Below the pieces are notes generated by a model. That model searched no databases and was not told where the DNA came from. It saw only the letters and a program-made list of their open reading frames with translations. This document shows, one piece after another, positions 34,676-44,825 of a stretch of DNA of 51,137 bases; the first letter of the stretch is position 1; the number at the start of each line of letters is the position of its first letter. This DNA is from Longimicrobiales bacterium (GTDB lineage: Bacteria > Gemmatimonadota > Gemmatimonadetes > Longimicrobiales > RSA9). The stretch lies in the NCBI GenBank assembly GCA_035461265.1, contig DATHVO010000078.1, forward strand, positions 1 through 51,137, given 5' to 3'. A program made the translations under genes and the position numbers.

Positions 34676-35053
34676 ATGGAGAAGAAGCCGAAGCAGCTCC
34701 TCGTGGTGGGCGACCGCCTGCTCATCGCCCCGGAGGAAGGCGAGGAGCGCAGCCGCGTGGGCCTCTACCTCCCCGCGTCGGCGGTGGACGCCCAGGCGGT
34801 GCAGTCGGGCACGGTCGTGGCCACGGGACCTGGCACGCCCATTTCCGCACCCACGGAGCTGGGCGACGAGCCCTGGCAGGTCGGCAGCGGCGAAGCCCGC
34901 TACCTTCCCGTGCAGGCCCGGACCGGCGACTTCGCCATCTTCTTCCGGCGCGCGGCAGTCGAGATCACGTTCGAGGGGCGGACGTACCTCGTCGTCCCGC
35001 AGGCGGCGATCCTGGTCCTCATCCGCGAGCCGCGCAACGAGGACGACTGGTAG
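34676..35053 (+). CDS. GroES/Cpn10-like protein with an insertion
   Basis: LLVVGDRLLIAPEEGEERSRVGLYLPASA...QSGTVVATGPG mirrors the GroES N-terminal half. The C-terminal half is expanded. Confidence 0.65.
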   Translation: MEKKPKQLLVVGDRLLIAPEEGEERSRVGLYLPASAVDAQAVQSGTVVATGPGTPISAPTELGDEPWQVGSGEARYLPVQARTGDFAIFFRRAAVEITFEGRTYLVVPQAAILVLIREPRNEDDW

Positions 35054-35138
35054 GTGACGGCGGACCCGTTTCGCGGCGGGTGCGCGGCTGATCGATGGAC
35101 GGCCCCGTGACGGGGCCTTCGTCATTTCCGGAGAAGCA

Positions 35139-36044
35139 ATGACTCGCAGGGACCACGTCGTTCGTGCCACGGCTGCGGACGGTCTCATCAGCGCGTTCGC
35201 CATCGACGCCACGGGCGTCGCAGGCGAGCTCGCCCGCCGCCACGGCACCGATCCAGCCGTGACGGCCGCCCTCGGCCGGCTGGCCACCGGCGCCCTCCTC
35301 TTCGGCGCCATGCTGAAGGAGGACGGGCACATGGTCACCATCCGGATCCACGGGGACGGACCGGCCGGCACGCTGCTCGCCTCCGCCAGCGCGGGCGGCG
35401 GCGTGCGCGCCCTCGTCGGAAACCCGCGGCCGGACATCGACCAGGTGAGGGACGGGAAGCTCAACGTGAGTGGCGCAGTGGGGTCTCGCGGCTTCCTCAC
35501 CGTGACCCGGGACCTGGGCCTCGGCCAGCCCTACGTCGGCACCGTCGAACTGGTATCCGGGGAAGTGGGCGAGGACCTTGCCCACTACCTGGCCCGCAGC
35601 GAACAGATCCCGTCCGCCGTGGGGATCGGCGTGTTCGTCCGGGCCGACGGGACGGTCGAGGCCGCCGGCGGCTATCTCATCCAGCTCCTTCCCGGGGTGA
35701 GCGATGAGGATACCGCCCGGTTGGAGGACGTGATCCGCGCCCTCCCCCACCCCACCAGCATGCTCCGGGGCGGCGACACCCCGCACGACATCCTCGAGCG
35801 CATCTTCGGCGATGCCTTCCGTACCCTGGACACCCGCGATGTCCGCTTCGAGTGCCACTGCTCCATCGAGCGGGCCCGGCGCGCCATCCTCATGCTCGGA
35901 CGGGATGCCGTCGGCGAGATGATCGACGAGGCGGCGGCTCGCGGCGGTGCGGAAGTGACGTGCGAGTTCTGCACCGAACGCTACCTTATCCCGATGGGCC
36001 AGCTCCGGTCCATGCACCGTCGGCTGGGTGGCGAAGCCGCCTGA
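35139..36044 (+). CDS. hslO: Hsp33 redox-regulated chaperone
   Basis: Family-typical N-domain and the C-terminal zinc switch CHCS...CEFC. Confidence 0.9.
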   Translation: MTRRDHVVRATAADGLISAFAIDATGVAGELARRHGTDPAVTAALGRLATGALLFGAMLKEDGHMVTIRIHGDGPAGTLLASASAGGGVRALVGNPRPDIDQVRDGKLNVSGAVGSRGFLTVTRDLGLGQPYVGTVELVSGEVGEDLAHYLARSEQIPSAVGIGVFVRADGTVEAAGGYLIQLLPGVSDEDTARLEDVIRALPHPTSMLRGGDTPHDILERIFGDAFRTLDTRDVRFECHCSIERARRAILMLGRDAVGEMIDEAAARGGAEVTCEFCTERYLIPMGQLRSMHRRLGGEAA

Positions 36045-36156
36045 CCTGGCTTCCTCCGAAAACCCGTGTTTCCAACGAGTTGCGGATGAAGGGTTGCGGC
36101 CGAACGGGGGGTGGAGGAATATTCGAGCGACTCCTCGGTCAAAATAGTGCCCTGAG

Positions 36157-36939
36157 GTGATGACGCTTTTTCGACGCCCATTCGATCCGGAGCGCGTTCC
36201 GCGTGGCGGCGTGTTCGAGGACATCGAGCGACTGCTGCGCCGGCTGCGGAGCCTGATTCTGGCCGTGCCGGTCCTGCTGTTCGTGGGATTCGGTGTCGGC
36301 AATGCGGGCAGCAATCTGCTCGAGGTGCCCGACGACCGGCCCGTCCGCACGTCCCTCGAGACGCCGGTTCCCCGTGTCCATTTCGAGTTGCTGAGCCGGC
36401 ACATCGACCGTCTCCGGGACGCCGGCGACGAGACGGTGGACTACGTCACGCTGTACCGTGAGCACGTGGCGCCGGTCGAGGCGGTGCTCCGAAAGCGCGG
36501 CGTGAACGAACGGACCGCCCGCCAGGTCGCGTGGCCCCTCGTCCAGCATTCCTACCGTCGCGGCCTGGACCCTGCCTTCGTCGTTTCCATCGTCCTCATT
36601 GAGAGTGGCGGCAAGCCCAACGCAACCAGCTTCGTCGGTGCCCGCGGTCTGATGCAGGTGATGCCGCTGTGGGCCGGTCACTGGCGCAACTGCGGCCGGA
36701 ACCTGTACGACATCGAGGCGAACCTCTGCAACGGAACGAGCATTCTCGCGTGGTACCTGGAGCGGAATCCGGGTGACGAGCGGAAGGCACTGCTGGGATA
36801 CAACGGCTGCGTGCGCGGCACGAATACGCCGAACTGCTTCACGTATCCGGACAAGGTCGCGCGGCTGCGCCACCAGGTCCAGCGGGAGATGAGCCTCGTA
36901 CGGGGTACCGACCGTCCGGGCGGCGCCGCCGCGCCGTAG
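36157..36939 (+). CDS. Lytic transglycosylase domain protein
   Basis: SIVLIESGGKPNATSFVGARGLMQVMP...LLGYNG, with an N-terminal TM anchor. Confidence 0.8.
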   Translation: MMTLFRRPFDPERVPRGGVFEDIERLLRRLRSLILAVPVLLFVGFGVGNAGSNLLEVPDDRPVRTSLETPVPRVHFELLSRHIDRLRDAGDETVDYVTLYREHVAPVEAVLRKRGVNERTARQVAWPLVQHSYRRGLDPAFVVSIVLIESGGKPNATSFVGARGLMQVMPLWAGHWRNCGRNLYDIEANLCNGTSILAWYLERNPGDERKALLGYNGCVRGTNTPNCFTYPDKVARLRHQVQREMSLVRGTDRPGGAAAP

Positions 36940-37022
36940 CGCAGCGGCCCGGTCCGGCCGGCTCAGTCCGCAGTTACTCCACCCCCCTTCGCACCCGGCC
37001 CCGCCCAGCTCGCCGCGTCGGA

Positions 37023-38240
37023 CTAGGCCGCCACGTCCTGCGTGCAGAGCACATCCCGCGCGCAGGCCAGGGTCTCCTCCAGCTCCGCCCGGCCGATGAC
37101 GAGTGGTGGGGCGAAGCGGATGACCTGTTCGTGCGTTTCCTTCGCCAGTATGCCCCGCTCCATGAGGGCCTCGCAGAAGGGACGGGCGGGTCCGGCCTCG
37201 TGCTTCACCACGACGCCGATGAGCAGGCCGCGACCACGGACCTCCTCCACCACGGGCGACTCCAGCGCCCGCAGCTCTCCCATGAACCACTCGCCGAGTT
37301 CCGCCGCCCGCTCCGCCAGGCGCTCATCGACGATGACATCCAGCGACGCCAGGGCCACCGCGGCCGCCAGCGGGTTGCCGCCGAAGGTGGAACCGTGCGT
37401 CCCCGGAGTGAAGACATCCATCACCTCCCGGTCCGCGAGCATGGCGGAAACGGGATAGACGCCGCCGCCCAGGGCCTTGCCCAGGATGAGCACGTCAGGA
37501 CGTACACCCTCCCACTCGCACGCCATGAGGCGCCCGGTGCGGGCGAGTCCGGTCTGAATTTCGTCGGCGATGAACAGGGCGCCGCGGGAGCGGCACAGCT
37601 CTGCCAGGCCGCGCAGGAAACCGTCCGGCGGCACGACGACGCCCGCCTCGCCCTGGATCGGCTCCACCAGGACGCCAACGGTGCGATCCGTCATGACCGC
37701 CTCCAGCGCAGCCAGGTCGCCGTACGGCACCAGGCGGAACCCAGGCGCGAAGGGACCGAAACCCTCCCTGTAGAGCTCCTCGGAGGAGAAGCCGACAATG
37801 GTCGTGGTCCGGCCGTGGAAGTTGCCGTCGAAGACGATGATCTCCTGTTCGCCATCGGGCACGCCCTTCACCTTCCAGCCCCACTTCCGGGCGGCCTTGA
37901 TGGCCGTCTCCACCGCCTCGGCGCCCGTGTTCATCGGCAGGGCCTGGTCGTAGCCCGTCAGGTCGCAGAGCTTCCGGAGGAACGGCCCCATCACGTCGTT
38001 GTGGAAGGCGCGGGAGGTCAGCGTCAGCCTGCCGGCCTGCGCCGTGAGCGCCTCCACGATGCGGGGGTGGCGGTGCCCCTGATTCAGCGCGGAGTACGCC
38101 GACAGCATGTCCAGGTACCGCCGGCCCTCGACGTCCCACACGTAGGCACCCTCGCCCCGGCTCAGGACCACGGGGAGAGGATGGTAGTTGTGTGCGCTGT
38201 ATCGCTCTGCTTCCGTTACGTGTTCCTGCATGCTCGTCAT
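37023..38240 (-). CDS. rocD: Ornithine--oxo-acid aminotransferase (class III PLP)
   Basis: YSAHNYHPLPVVLSRGEGAYVWDVEGRRYLDMLSAYSALNQGHRHPRIV and LPMNTGAEAVETAIKAARKWG closely follow RocD. The start is Met35 or Met38 of the listed ORF. Confidence 0.9.
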   Translation of the reverse strand: MTSMQEHVTEAERYSAHNYHPLPVVLSRGEGAYVWDVEGRRYLDMLSAYSALNQGHRHPRIVEALTAQAGRLTLTSRAFHNDVMGPFLRKLCDLTGYDQALPMNTGAEAVETAIKAARKWGWKVKGVPDGEQEIIVFDGNFHGRTTTIVGFSSEELYREGFGPFAPGFRLVPYGDLAALEAVMTDRTVGVLVEPIQGEAGVVVPPDGFLRGLAELCRSRGALFIADEIQTGLARTGRLMACEWEGVRPDVLILGKALGGGVYPVSAMLADREVMDVFTPGTHGSTFGGNPLAAAVALASLDVIVDERLAERAAELGEWFMGELRALESPVVEEVRGRGLLIGVVVKHEAGPARPFCEALMERGILAKETHEQVIRFAPPLVIGRAELEETLACARDVLCTQDVAA

Positions 38241-38328
38241 GCTGCTCTCCGGATGAATGGGGGACCCGCCGGTCGGCGGGTCATCACGTTGGCGTCCCGC
38301 GGACAGTGTCCGCCGGATGGGCGCAGGC

Positions 38329-39696
38329 TCATGCAAGCTCACTCAGGAGCAGGGCGGCGGCGTGCGTGCCCTTCTCGAAGTTCTCCACGCTCATCCATTC
38401 GTCAGGGGCGTGTGCGTTCTCGCCGGGCAGCCCGAAGCCCATGAGCAGGACGGGCGCGTCCAGGACCCGCTCAAACTCCGATACGATGGGTATGGACCCG
38501 CCCTCGCCGGCATACACCGTTTCCCGGCCGAAGGCCTCGGCCAGCGCGCGGTTGCCAGCGTCGACCAGCCGGCCCTCCAGCTTCGCACGCCACGGCTTGC
38601 CGCCGTGGAGATGCTGGATGTCCAGCTCGATTCCCGGCGGCGCCACCCGGCGGACGTGCGCCTCGACCAGCTTCTCGATCGTCGCGGGATCCTGGTCGGG
38701 CACCAGGCGGAAGCTGACCTTGGCCATGGCCTTTGCAGGCAGCACGGTCTTGGCGCCCTCGCCGGTGTAGCCCGAGAGCATGCCGTTCACCTCGCACGTC
38801 GGGCGGACCCAGCGCCGCTCGAGCGTGGTGAAGCCCTTCTCGCCGAAAAGCTCGGGCACGCCCGTCTCCTCGCGGAATGCGTCATCGTCGAAGGGGAGGG
38901 ACCGGATCTGCTCGAGAAACTCCGGCGCCGTGCGCACGTCATCATAGAACCCGGGGACGAGGATGTGCCCGTCATCGTCGTGGAACGACGCGATGATGCG
39001 GGCCAGGGCGGTGGCCGGATTCGCCACGGCGCCGCCGTAGGTCCCGGAATGGAGGTCGCTCTTCGCGGCACGGACGTGTATCTCGAAGTAGGCGAGTCCG
39101 CGGAGGGACGCGCCGATGGTGGGCATGCCGGGTGCGAACATCCCCGAGTCGGAGATGACGACGGCGTCCGCCTTCAGCCGGTCTGTGTGCTTCTCGATGA
39201 AGGGCATGAGGTTCTCGCTGCCCACTTCCTCCTCGCCCTCGGCGATGACGACGACGTTGACGGGCAGTACGCCGTTGACCTGGAGGTGCGCCTCGATGGC
39301 CTTCACGTGGAGGTAGAGCTGTCCCTTGTCATCGACGGAGCCCCGGGCATAGATCCGGCCATCGCGGATCTCGGGCTCGAAGGCCGGTGTCGTCCACAGG
39401 TCCAGCGGCTCCGGCGGCTGCACGTCGTAGTGCCCGTATATCAGGACGGTGGGCGCGTCGGGTCCCGCCTTGCGCCATTCGCCCAGGACGATGGGATGGC
39501 CCGGCGTGTCGTGCAGAGAAACATCGAGGCCGGCGTCCTCCATCTTCTTCATCAGCCACTCGGCGGCCCGGCGCGTGTCGGCCTTGTGCGCGCTGCTGGC
39601 GCTCACACTGGGGATGCGCAGGAACTCGAACAGCTCGTCGCGGAAGCGGTCCAGGTTCGAGTCGATGTAGGTTCTGACCTTACCGTTGCTTGACAT
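38329..39696 (-). CDS. M20-family dipeptidase / metallohydrolase
   Basis: LIYGHYDVQP, GSVDDKGQ, EGEEEVGS, and the dimerisation domain typical of M20. Confidence 0.9.
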   Translation of the reverse strand: MSSNGKVRTYIDSNLDRFRDELFEFLRIPSVSASSAHKADTRRAAEWLMKKMEDAGLDVSLHDTPGHPIVLGEWRKAGPDAPTVLIYGHYDVQPPEPLDLWTTPAFEPEIRDGRIYARGSVDDKGQLYLHVKAIEAHLQVNGVLPVNVVVIAEGEEEVGSENLMPFIEKHTDRLKADAVVISDSGMFAPGMPTIGASLRGLAYFEIHVRAAKSDLHSGTYGGAVANPATALARIIASFHDDDGHILVPGFYDDVRTAPEFLEQIRSLPFDDDAFREETGVPELFGEKGFTTLERRWVRPTCEVNGMLSGYTGEGAKTVLPAKAMAKVSFRLVPDQDPATIEKLVEAHVRRVAPPGIELDIQHLHGGKPWRAKLEGRLVDAGNRALAEAFGRETVYAGEGGSIPIVSEFERVLDAPVLLMGFGLPGENAHAPDEWMSVENFEKGTHAAALLLSELA

Positions 39697-39751
39697 GGGT
39701 CCTGTCCTTCGGTGGAGGCGGGCCGCGCCGGGACGCGGCCCTTCGTGGATG

Positions 39752-41962
39752 TCAGCGGCTCGATCCGAGCAGCTCGCTCACCAGTGCATGGGCCTGATAG
39801 ACGCTCCGCAGCGCCTCGAGAATGCCGGCCGAGTGGACGCCGACGGTGCGTCCGTTCTCCGTGCGGAATACGAACTCGTTCGGCAGCTGCTCAATGTTGC
39901 CGTCGAAGGCGATTCCCACAATCCGGCCCTCCCGGTCGATCATGGGGCTTCCGCTGTTGCCGCCGGTGATGTCGTTCGTCGAGACGAAGTTGATGGGTAC
40001 GGTCATGTCGATGGAGTCGCGGCGCTCGGCGAAGGCCTTGGGCAGCGTCCAGGGGTCGCGGTCATCGAACTCGGCGGCCCGGGCGTAGAGTCCGTAGTAG
40101 GTGGTCTTGTAGGGCGCCACCGTGCCGTTGTACGGGTAGCCGGCCACGATCCCGTCCGCGATGCGGAGCGTGAATGTGGCGTCCGGTGGGAAGCGGGTGC
40201 CGTGCACGGCGAAAAGTGCCCGGGCGAGGCGCTCACGCTGCACCGTCTCCTCGGCGGTGAGGGCCCGCAGCTGCGGCAACGCATCGCCGTAGATTGAGTC
40301 CATGGCCCGGGCCAGACGGAAGAGCGGGTCTGACACCGTGTCGGCGGCGGCCGGTCCTGCGGCGATGATGCCCTGGCGCCAGGCGGCACCCGCCACCGGG
40401 CTCGCGCGGATCAGCCTGAGGGCCGCCTCCTCCGGGGTCTCGCCCGCAGTCCGGGCACGGACTGCCGGGTGGTCGGCGGGGAGCCACTGGGCGGCGAGGC
40501 GCAGGTGGAATGCGAGGGCGGCCACCGCCTGCGCCTCCGGCACGGCGGACTCCCGCGCCAGCGCCTGGCGCGCCTGCTCGAAGCGCTCACCCCGGTACGC
40601 TGCGGGCCGGTCGGCCTCGGCGAGGGTGGCGGCGTGCACGAAGCCCGCGAGCTGGCTGGCCACGACGAGGTGCTGGGCACCGGCCATGCCCGGGCTGCTC
40701 ACGTTCACCAGGGGATCGAGGGCCAGCTTCCGCACCTGAATGGCCACGAGCCGGTCCCACACGTCGGCGTACCGGCGAGCCTCGGGATCGGCCTCGACAC
40801 GCTGCCGGAGATCCCGCTCCCACGCAATCTTCTGCGCGACGAGCATGGAATCCGTGAGACCCGCCAGCTGGCCGCTGTACGCCTTCAGTGAGTTCTCGAC
40901 GCCGAAGATCTGCTGGCGAACCTGCCGTTCCTGTTCCGGGCCCTGTGCCGCGATGGCCTTGAGCATGGCGAGGCGGCCGGCCAGCAGGTCCACGATGAAC
41001 GGGTGTCGGTACGAGCGCTCGTACATCATCTGGGCCAGCGTGATGAGGCGGCTGGTGGAGCCGGGATTCCCGGTGACGAAGACGAGTTCATCCTCGGCGG
41101 CGCCCTCGGCCCGCCACGGGAAGTAGTGGGGTGAGCTCACCGGCGTGACACCGTCGTCCGCGTAGGCGCGCACGAACGTCACGTCCAGCGCATAGCGCGG
41201 GTAGGTGAAGTTGTCCGGATCGCCGCCGAAGAACCCGGCGGCCACCTCCGGCGCGAAGACGAGCTTCACGGGCGCATACCGGCGATAGGTGTAGAGCTGA
41301 TGCTGGCCGCCCTGGTACAGCGGCACGACCTGACAGGTATTGCCGGTCCTCGCCTCGCACTCCTGCTGGATGCGGCGGGACTCCGCGGCCAGGGCCGCCG
41401 TAACCTCCTCGCTGGTCCCGCCGGCGGGCGCCGCGGCACGCACACGTTCCGTCACGTCGGCGATGTCCACGAGCTGGTCGAGGAAGAGGTTGGGGCACAC
41501 CCTCTCCTCGTCGCGGGTCCGCGCATGGAACCCCAGCTCGATATGATCGACGTCGGCGGTGGAGACATCCTCGATGCACTGCTGGGCGCAGTGATGGTTC
41601 GTCATGACGAGGCCGTCCGGTGACACGAAGGACGCGGAGCACCCCCGTCCGTAGCGGACCGACGCGAGTCGTGCATGCTCGAGCCACTCGGGGGTGGCGT
41701 TGAAGCCGTAGCGCTCCCGCCAGTACTCGAGAGGCGGGTTCTCGAACGTCCACATGGTCCCGAGTTCGAGGCCGGTCGGCTGCATGCCGGCCGCGGCGCG
41801 GCGGGCGGCATCGGATGGATCCAGGCGGGAATCCATCTGCCCCGCCGTCCGCGTGACCGCGCCCGGCTGCGGATCCGACGCGGCAGGCGCAGTCGCGCAG
41901 GCTGCCAGGACGAGCCCGGCCAGCAGGGGGACGGTGCTGATGATCGTGTGACGTCGCCACAT
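39752..41962 (-). CDS. S46-family dipeptidyl-peptidase
   Basis: VMTNHHCAQQC (catalytic His) and GGNSGSPMIDREGRIVGIAFDGN (catalytic Ser), with a large helical insert. The start is uncertain (41962 or 41986). Confidence 0.85.
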   Translation of the reverse strand: MWRRHTIISTVPLLAGLVLAACATAPAASDPQPGAVTRTAGQMDSRLDPSDAARRAAAGMQPTGLELGTMWTFENPPLEYWRERYGFNATPEWLEHARLASVRYGRGCSASFVSPDGLVMTNHHCAQQCIEDVSTADVDHIELGFHARTRDEERVCPNLFLDQLVDIADVTERVRAAAPAGGTSEEVTAALAAESRRIQQECEARTGNTCQVVPLYQGGQHQLYTYRRYAPVKLVFAPEVAAGFFGGDPDNFTYPRYALDVTFVRAYADDGVTPVSSPHYFPWRAEGAAEDELVFVTGNPGSTSRLITLAQMMYERSYRHPFIVDLLAGRLAMLKAIAAQGPEQERQVRQQIFGVENSLKAYSGQLAGLTDSMLVAQKIAWERDLRQRVEADPEARRYADVWDRLVAIQVRKLALDPLVNVSSPGMAGAQHLVVASQLAGFVHAATLAEADRPAAYRGERFEQARQALARESAVPEAQAVAALAFHLRLAAQWLPADHPAVRARTAGETPEEAALRLIRASPVAGAAWRQGIIAAGPAAADTVSDPLFRLARAMDSIYGDALPQLRALTAEETVQRERLARALFAVHGTRFPPDATFTLRIADGIVAGYPYNGTVAPYKTTYYGLYARAAEFDDRDPWTLPKAFAERRDSIDMTVPINFVSTNDITGGNSGSPMIDREGRIVGIAFDGNIEQLPNEFVFRTENGRTVGVHSAGILEALRSVYQAHALVSELLGSSR

Positions 41963-42045
41963 GATGGGTGCTCCGTGTGTCGGCATGTTCGCGCGGCCGG
42001 CGCCATGCCGGGCCGCGCTCGTTTGGATATGGCCGGGCGGCGGTC

Positions 42046-43146
42046 TCATGGACGCGCGTGCGCCGGCCGTGTCGCGTCGATGTAGCGCCTGACCGGAGCC
42101 GGAAGATCGGCCGTCACCGCTCCCGCCAGGAGGTCCCGGGGCTCCACCGCGCTGAGTGTGTGCCAGAAGAGGGGAAGCCCGTCCGCCGGACCGGCCAGAA
42201 GGCCGGCCGCCGCCTTGGCCGTGTACGTGGCGTCCAGCGTGAGGCCCGCCACGGCGAACAGTTCAGTCGCGCGGTCGCCGGCCGCCGTCGCCCGGCCATA
42301 CCCGTCACCGATCTGGTCGTGCTGCAGCTCGATGAGCCGGAGGGCCGAGTCGGCCGGCGGCAGCGATGCACCCGCCGCCCTCAGGAGTGCCACGGTGTCC
42401 CGCGCGAGCCGGCCGAGTACCCTGGGGTTCGTCACGACACGGGATGTGATCCGTGTCGCCGTGATGGGAATGTCCAGGCCCGCCCACGCCAGGCCGACCG
42501 CCATGCCGGCGACGGTGCCCAGAGTGCCGGCAGCCACATGGATGCGGTCGGGCCGCGGCGCCTCGCCGGACGCGATCTGTTCCGCCAGCTCCAGGCCGGC
42601 ACTCACGTATCCCAGCGCGCCAACCGGACTCGACCCGCCGGGCGGCACCGAGTAGGGCGCATCTCCGCGATGGGCCCGCCGCGCCCGCCACATGCCCCAC
42701 GGCACGGCCTCCATGCGGCGGACCCAGCGCAGTTCCGCGCCGGTGGCGGCGTCCATCAGGATGATGTCACGGACATGGGGCGTGAGTCGCTGAGGGAAGA
42801 GTACCAGCGACGCGTCCAGGCCCAGGCGCGTGCCGTGCCATGCCGTCGCCAGGGCATGATGGGATCCCGCCGCGCCCGCCGTGATGACCCGGCGGGCACC
42901 CCCGCGAAGGGCGTCCGCGAGAAGAAACTCGAGCTTGCGGACCTTGTTGCCGGCGTAGCCGTCGGCGCAACGGTCGTCCCGTTTCACCAGGATCGTGCGG
43001 CCATTGATCTCGAACGGCTGGACCGGCGTGGGGAAGCTGCCCAGACGTAGTCGTCGCAGACGCTGCAGGAGGCGGGGTTCGGCCCGGAAGAGGGCCAGGT
43101 CGTCGGCGGCGTCCGGGCCGGGCGCGGTGTCGGGGCGTTCATCCAT
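42046..43146 (-). CDS. PLP-dependent D-cysteine desulfhydrase / ACC deaminase family protein
   Basis: KRDDRCADGYAGNKVRKLEFLLADAL contains the PLP-Lys motif of this family. Confidence 0.8.
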   Translation of the reverse strand: MDERPDTAPGPDAADDLALFRAEPRLLQRLRRLRLGSFPTPVQPFEINGRTILVKRDDRCADGYAGNKVRKLEFLLADALRGGARRVITAGAAGSHHALATAWHGTRLGLDASLVLFPQRLTPHVRDIILMDAATGAELRWVRRMEAVPWGMWRARRAHRGDAPYSVPPGGSSPVGALGYVSAGLELAEQIASGEAPRPDRIHVAAGTLGTVAGMAVGLAWAGLDIPITATRITSRVVTNPRVLGRLARDTVALLRAAGASLPPADSALRLIELQHDQIGDGYGRATAAGDRATELFAVAGLTLDATYTAKAAAGLLAGPADGLPLFWHTLSAVEPRDLLAGAVTADLPAPVRRYIDATRPAHARP

Positions 43147-43242
43147 GGCCCCGGGAAATTGGTGCCGGCGCCGACGAGGCACCAGAGGCGGCGACGCGCG
43201 GGACGGGACCCGGGGATCACCCCGTACCCGTGCGGCCCGTGG

Positions 43243-43701
43243 TCAGGCCGTCTGCCGCGCAGGCATCGACACCGCCACCCGCGTCTGCAGGCCCTTCTCC
43301 GGCGGAAGCCTGTCCAGCGTCTGGTTCTCATGCGCCCGCAGCACGGTGACACACCAGACCTCTGCCGCCCGCTGCACCACCTCCGACCGGGTGTCGCCCT
43401 CGAACGCCAGGCTCACCGGACGGGGCAGCGGCACGACGTGCTGCGAGCCCGACAGCGGATTGCGCTCCACGACCCGATCCAGTGTGGCGTACATGACAAA
43501 GCGTGTCCCGGTCTCAGTCACGTCACCCCGGTGCAGCACGCGCCACGGACCCTCCACCCACACACCCGTCGGCATCTCCAGCGTCGTCACGAGGTCGTGG
43601 CCCTTCAGTTCGGCGCGGCATGCAGCGCCATCACTCGTCGGCTCCACGCCCGTCCCCGGGAGGAGTACCGCCAGGATCAGCGCATTGATGAACATGTGCA
43701 T
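43243..43701 (-). CDS. Exported hypothetical protein
   Basis: Signal-like MHMFINALILAVLLPG and coding-like composition, but no recognised motif. Confidence 0.45.
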   Translation of the reverse strand: MHMFINALILAVLLPGTGVEPTSDGAACRAELKGHDLVTTLEMPTGVWVEGPWRVLHRGDVTETGTRFVMYATLDRVVERNPLSGSQHVVPLPRPVSLAFEGDTRSEVVQRAAEVWCVTVLRAHENQTLDRLPPEKGLQTRVAVSMPARQTA

Positions 43702-43823
43702 GTGCCCCCCCGGTGCCGGAAACGACAAGAGGGCGGGTTCTGCCCCGCCCTCGGTGGTCGAGGAAAGGGCAAGAAAGGGTCCAAACCGTTGGGGAGCTTA
43801 TGTTTGCGGTGGTGGGTGCGACA

Positions 43824-44010
43824 GGGGGACAGGCGCCCGATTCACGTTATGGCGGATAGCGCCATGGAGGCGCCCCGGAATACAAGGCACCGTGGCACAC
43901 AGGCCGGCCTGGGGTGCCCGCCCGGCACCAGGGCCGACCCGCTCAGCCCCGAAATCTGTGGAAACCGCATGCTGCAACCGGCCGCAACGGGAATCGGGGG
44001 CCTGTCCCCC
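43824..44010 (-). repeat. MITE/REP-like intergenic element, copy 2 (187 bp, inverted relative to copy 1)
   Basis: Same termini as copy 1. The reverse complement of 43980..44010 equals 29322..29352, and the reverse complement of 43824..43843 equals 29488..29507. It ends 11 nt from the trmJ-like stop codon. Confidence 0.75.
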
Positions 44011-44021
44011 CGGTGACCCAG

Positions 44022-44825
44022 CTAGGCATCACCGGCCTTGGCTCGCATGATCGCATCGCGGAACGGCGCCTGGCCCGCCGCCTTCTGCACCTCGATCCCC
44101 ATGGCCCGCAGCAGGGCGGCTTCCCTCTCATTCACGTCCGCGCGCCGGAGGACCGCCCTCACGGTCCGCATGATGGCCTCCGGGTTCTTCCCCTTGTAGA
44201 AGTCGATGGCGCGGAGTGCTGCATCGATTTGTTCGAACAGCGCTTCCCGGTCGCGCCCTGACGCGGGTCCCGCGTCCCGCTTGGGGCGCGGGAGCACGGT
44301 GCCGGCCGCCTCTGCGAGGAACAGCTCGTAGGCGACGAGCAGGACGGCCTGGGACAGGTTGAGGGAGGCATTCAGCGTACTCGTCGGCGCGACGAGGAGG
44401 CGGTCGCAGCGGTCGATTTCCTCGTTGAGCAGGCCGGTATCCTCCCGCCCGAAGACTATGCAAATGGGCCGTCCCCCGTCCGCGTCGTGTCCCAGCAGCT
44501 CGGGCGCGGCCTCGCGGGGGTGGCTCCAGATGTAGGTGGCGGTCCGGCGCCGGGCCGTCGTGCCCACGACGAGGGCGGCATCTGCGACGGCGTCGTCCAG
44601 CGTGTCATGGAACTCGATGCGCTCGATGAGCGGCTCGGTGCCATGGGCGATGCCGGCGATGCGGTATGCACTGAAATCGTCGGGGCGGACGAGGCGCAGG
44701 CGGGTCAGGCCCATGTTCGCCATGGCGCGCAGCGAGGTGGCGATGTTGACCACGTCCTGCGTGCGGTTGAGCACGATGACGAACCGTTCTGCGTGGGGCG
44801 CTGCGGGGAGGGTCGGTTGCGTCAT
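44022..44825 (-). CDS. SpoU-class RNA 2'-O-methyltransferase (TrmJ/LasT-like)
   Basis: FVIVLNRTQDVVNIATSLRAMANMGL, IVFGREDTGL, SLNLSQAVLLVAYEL (SPOUT knot motifs). Confidence 0.85.
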   Translation of the reverse strand: MTQPTLPAAPHAERFVIVLNRTQDVVNIATSLRAMANMGLTRLRLVRPDDFSAYRIAGIAHGTEPLIERIEFHDTLDDAVADAALVVGTTARRRTATYIWSHPREAAPELLGHDADGGRPICIVFGREDTGLLNEEIDRCDRLLVAPTSTLNASLNLSQAVLLVAYELFLAEAAGTVLPRPKRDAGPASGRDREALFEQIDAALRAIDFYKGKNPEAIMRTVRAVLRRADVNEREAALLRAMGIEVQKAAGQAPFRDAIMRAKAGDA

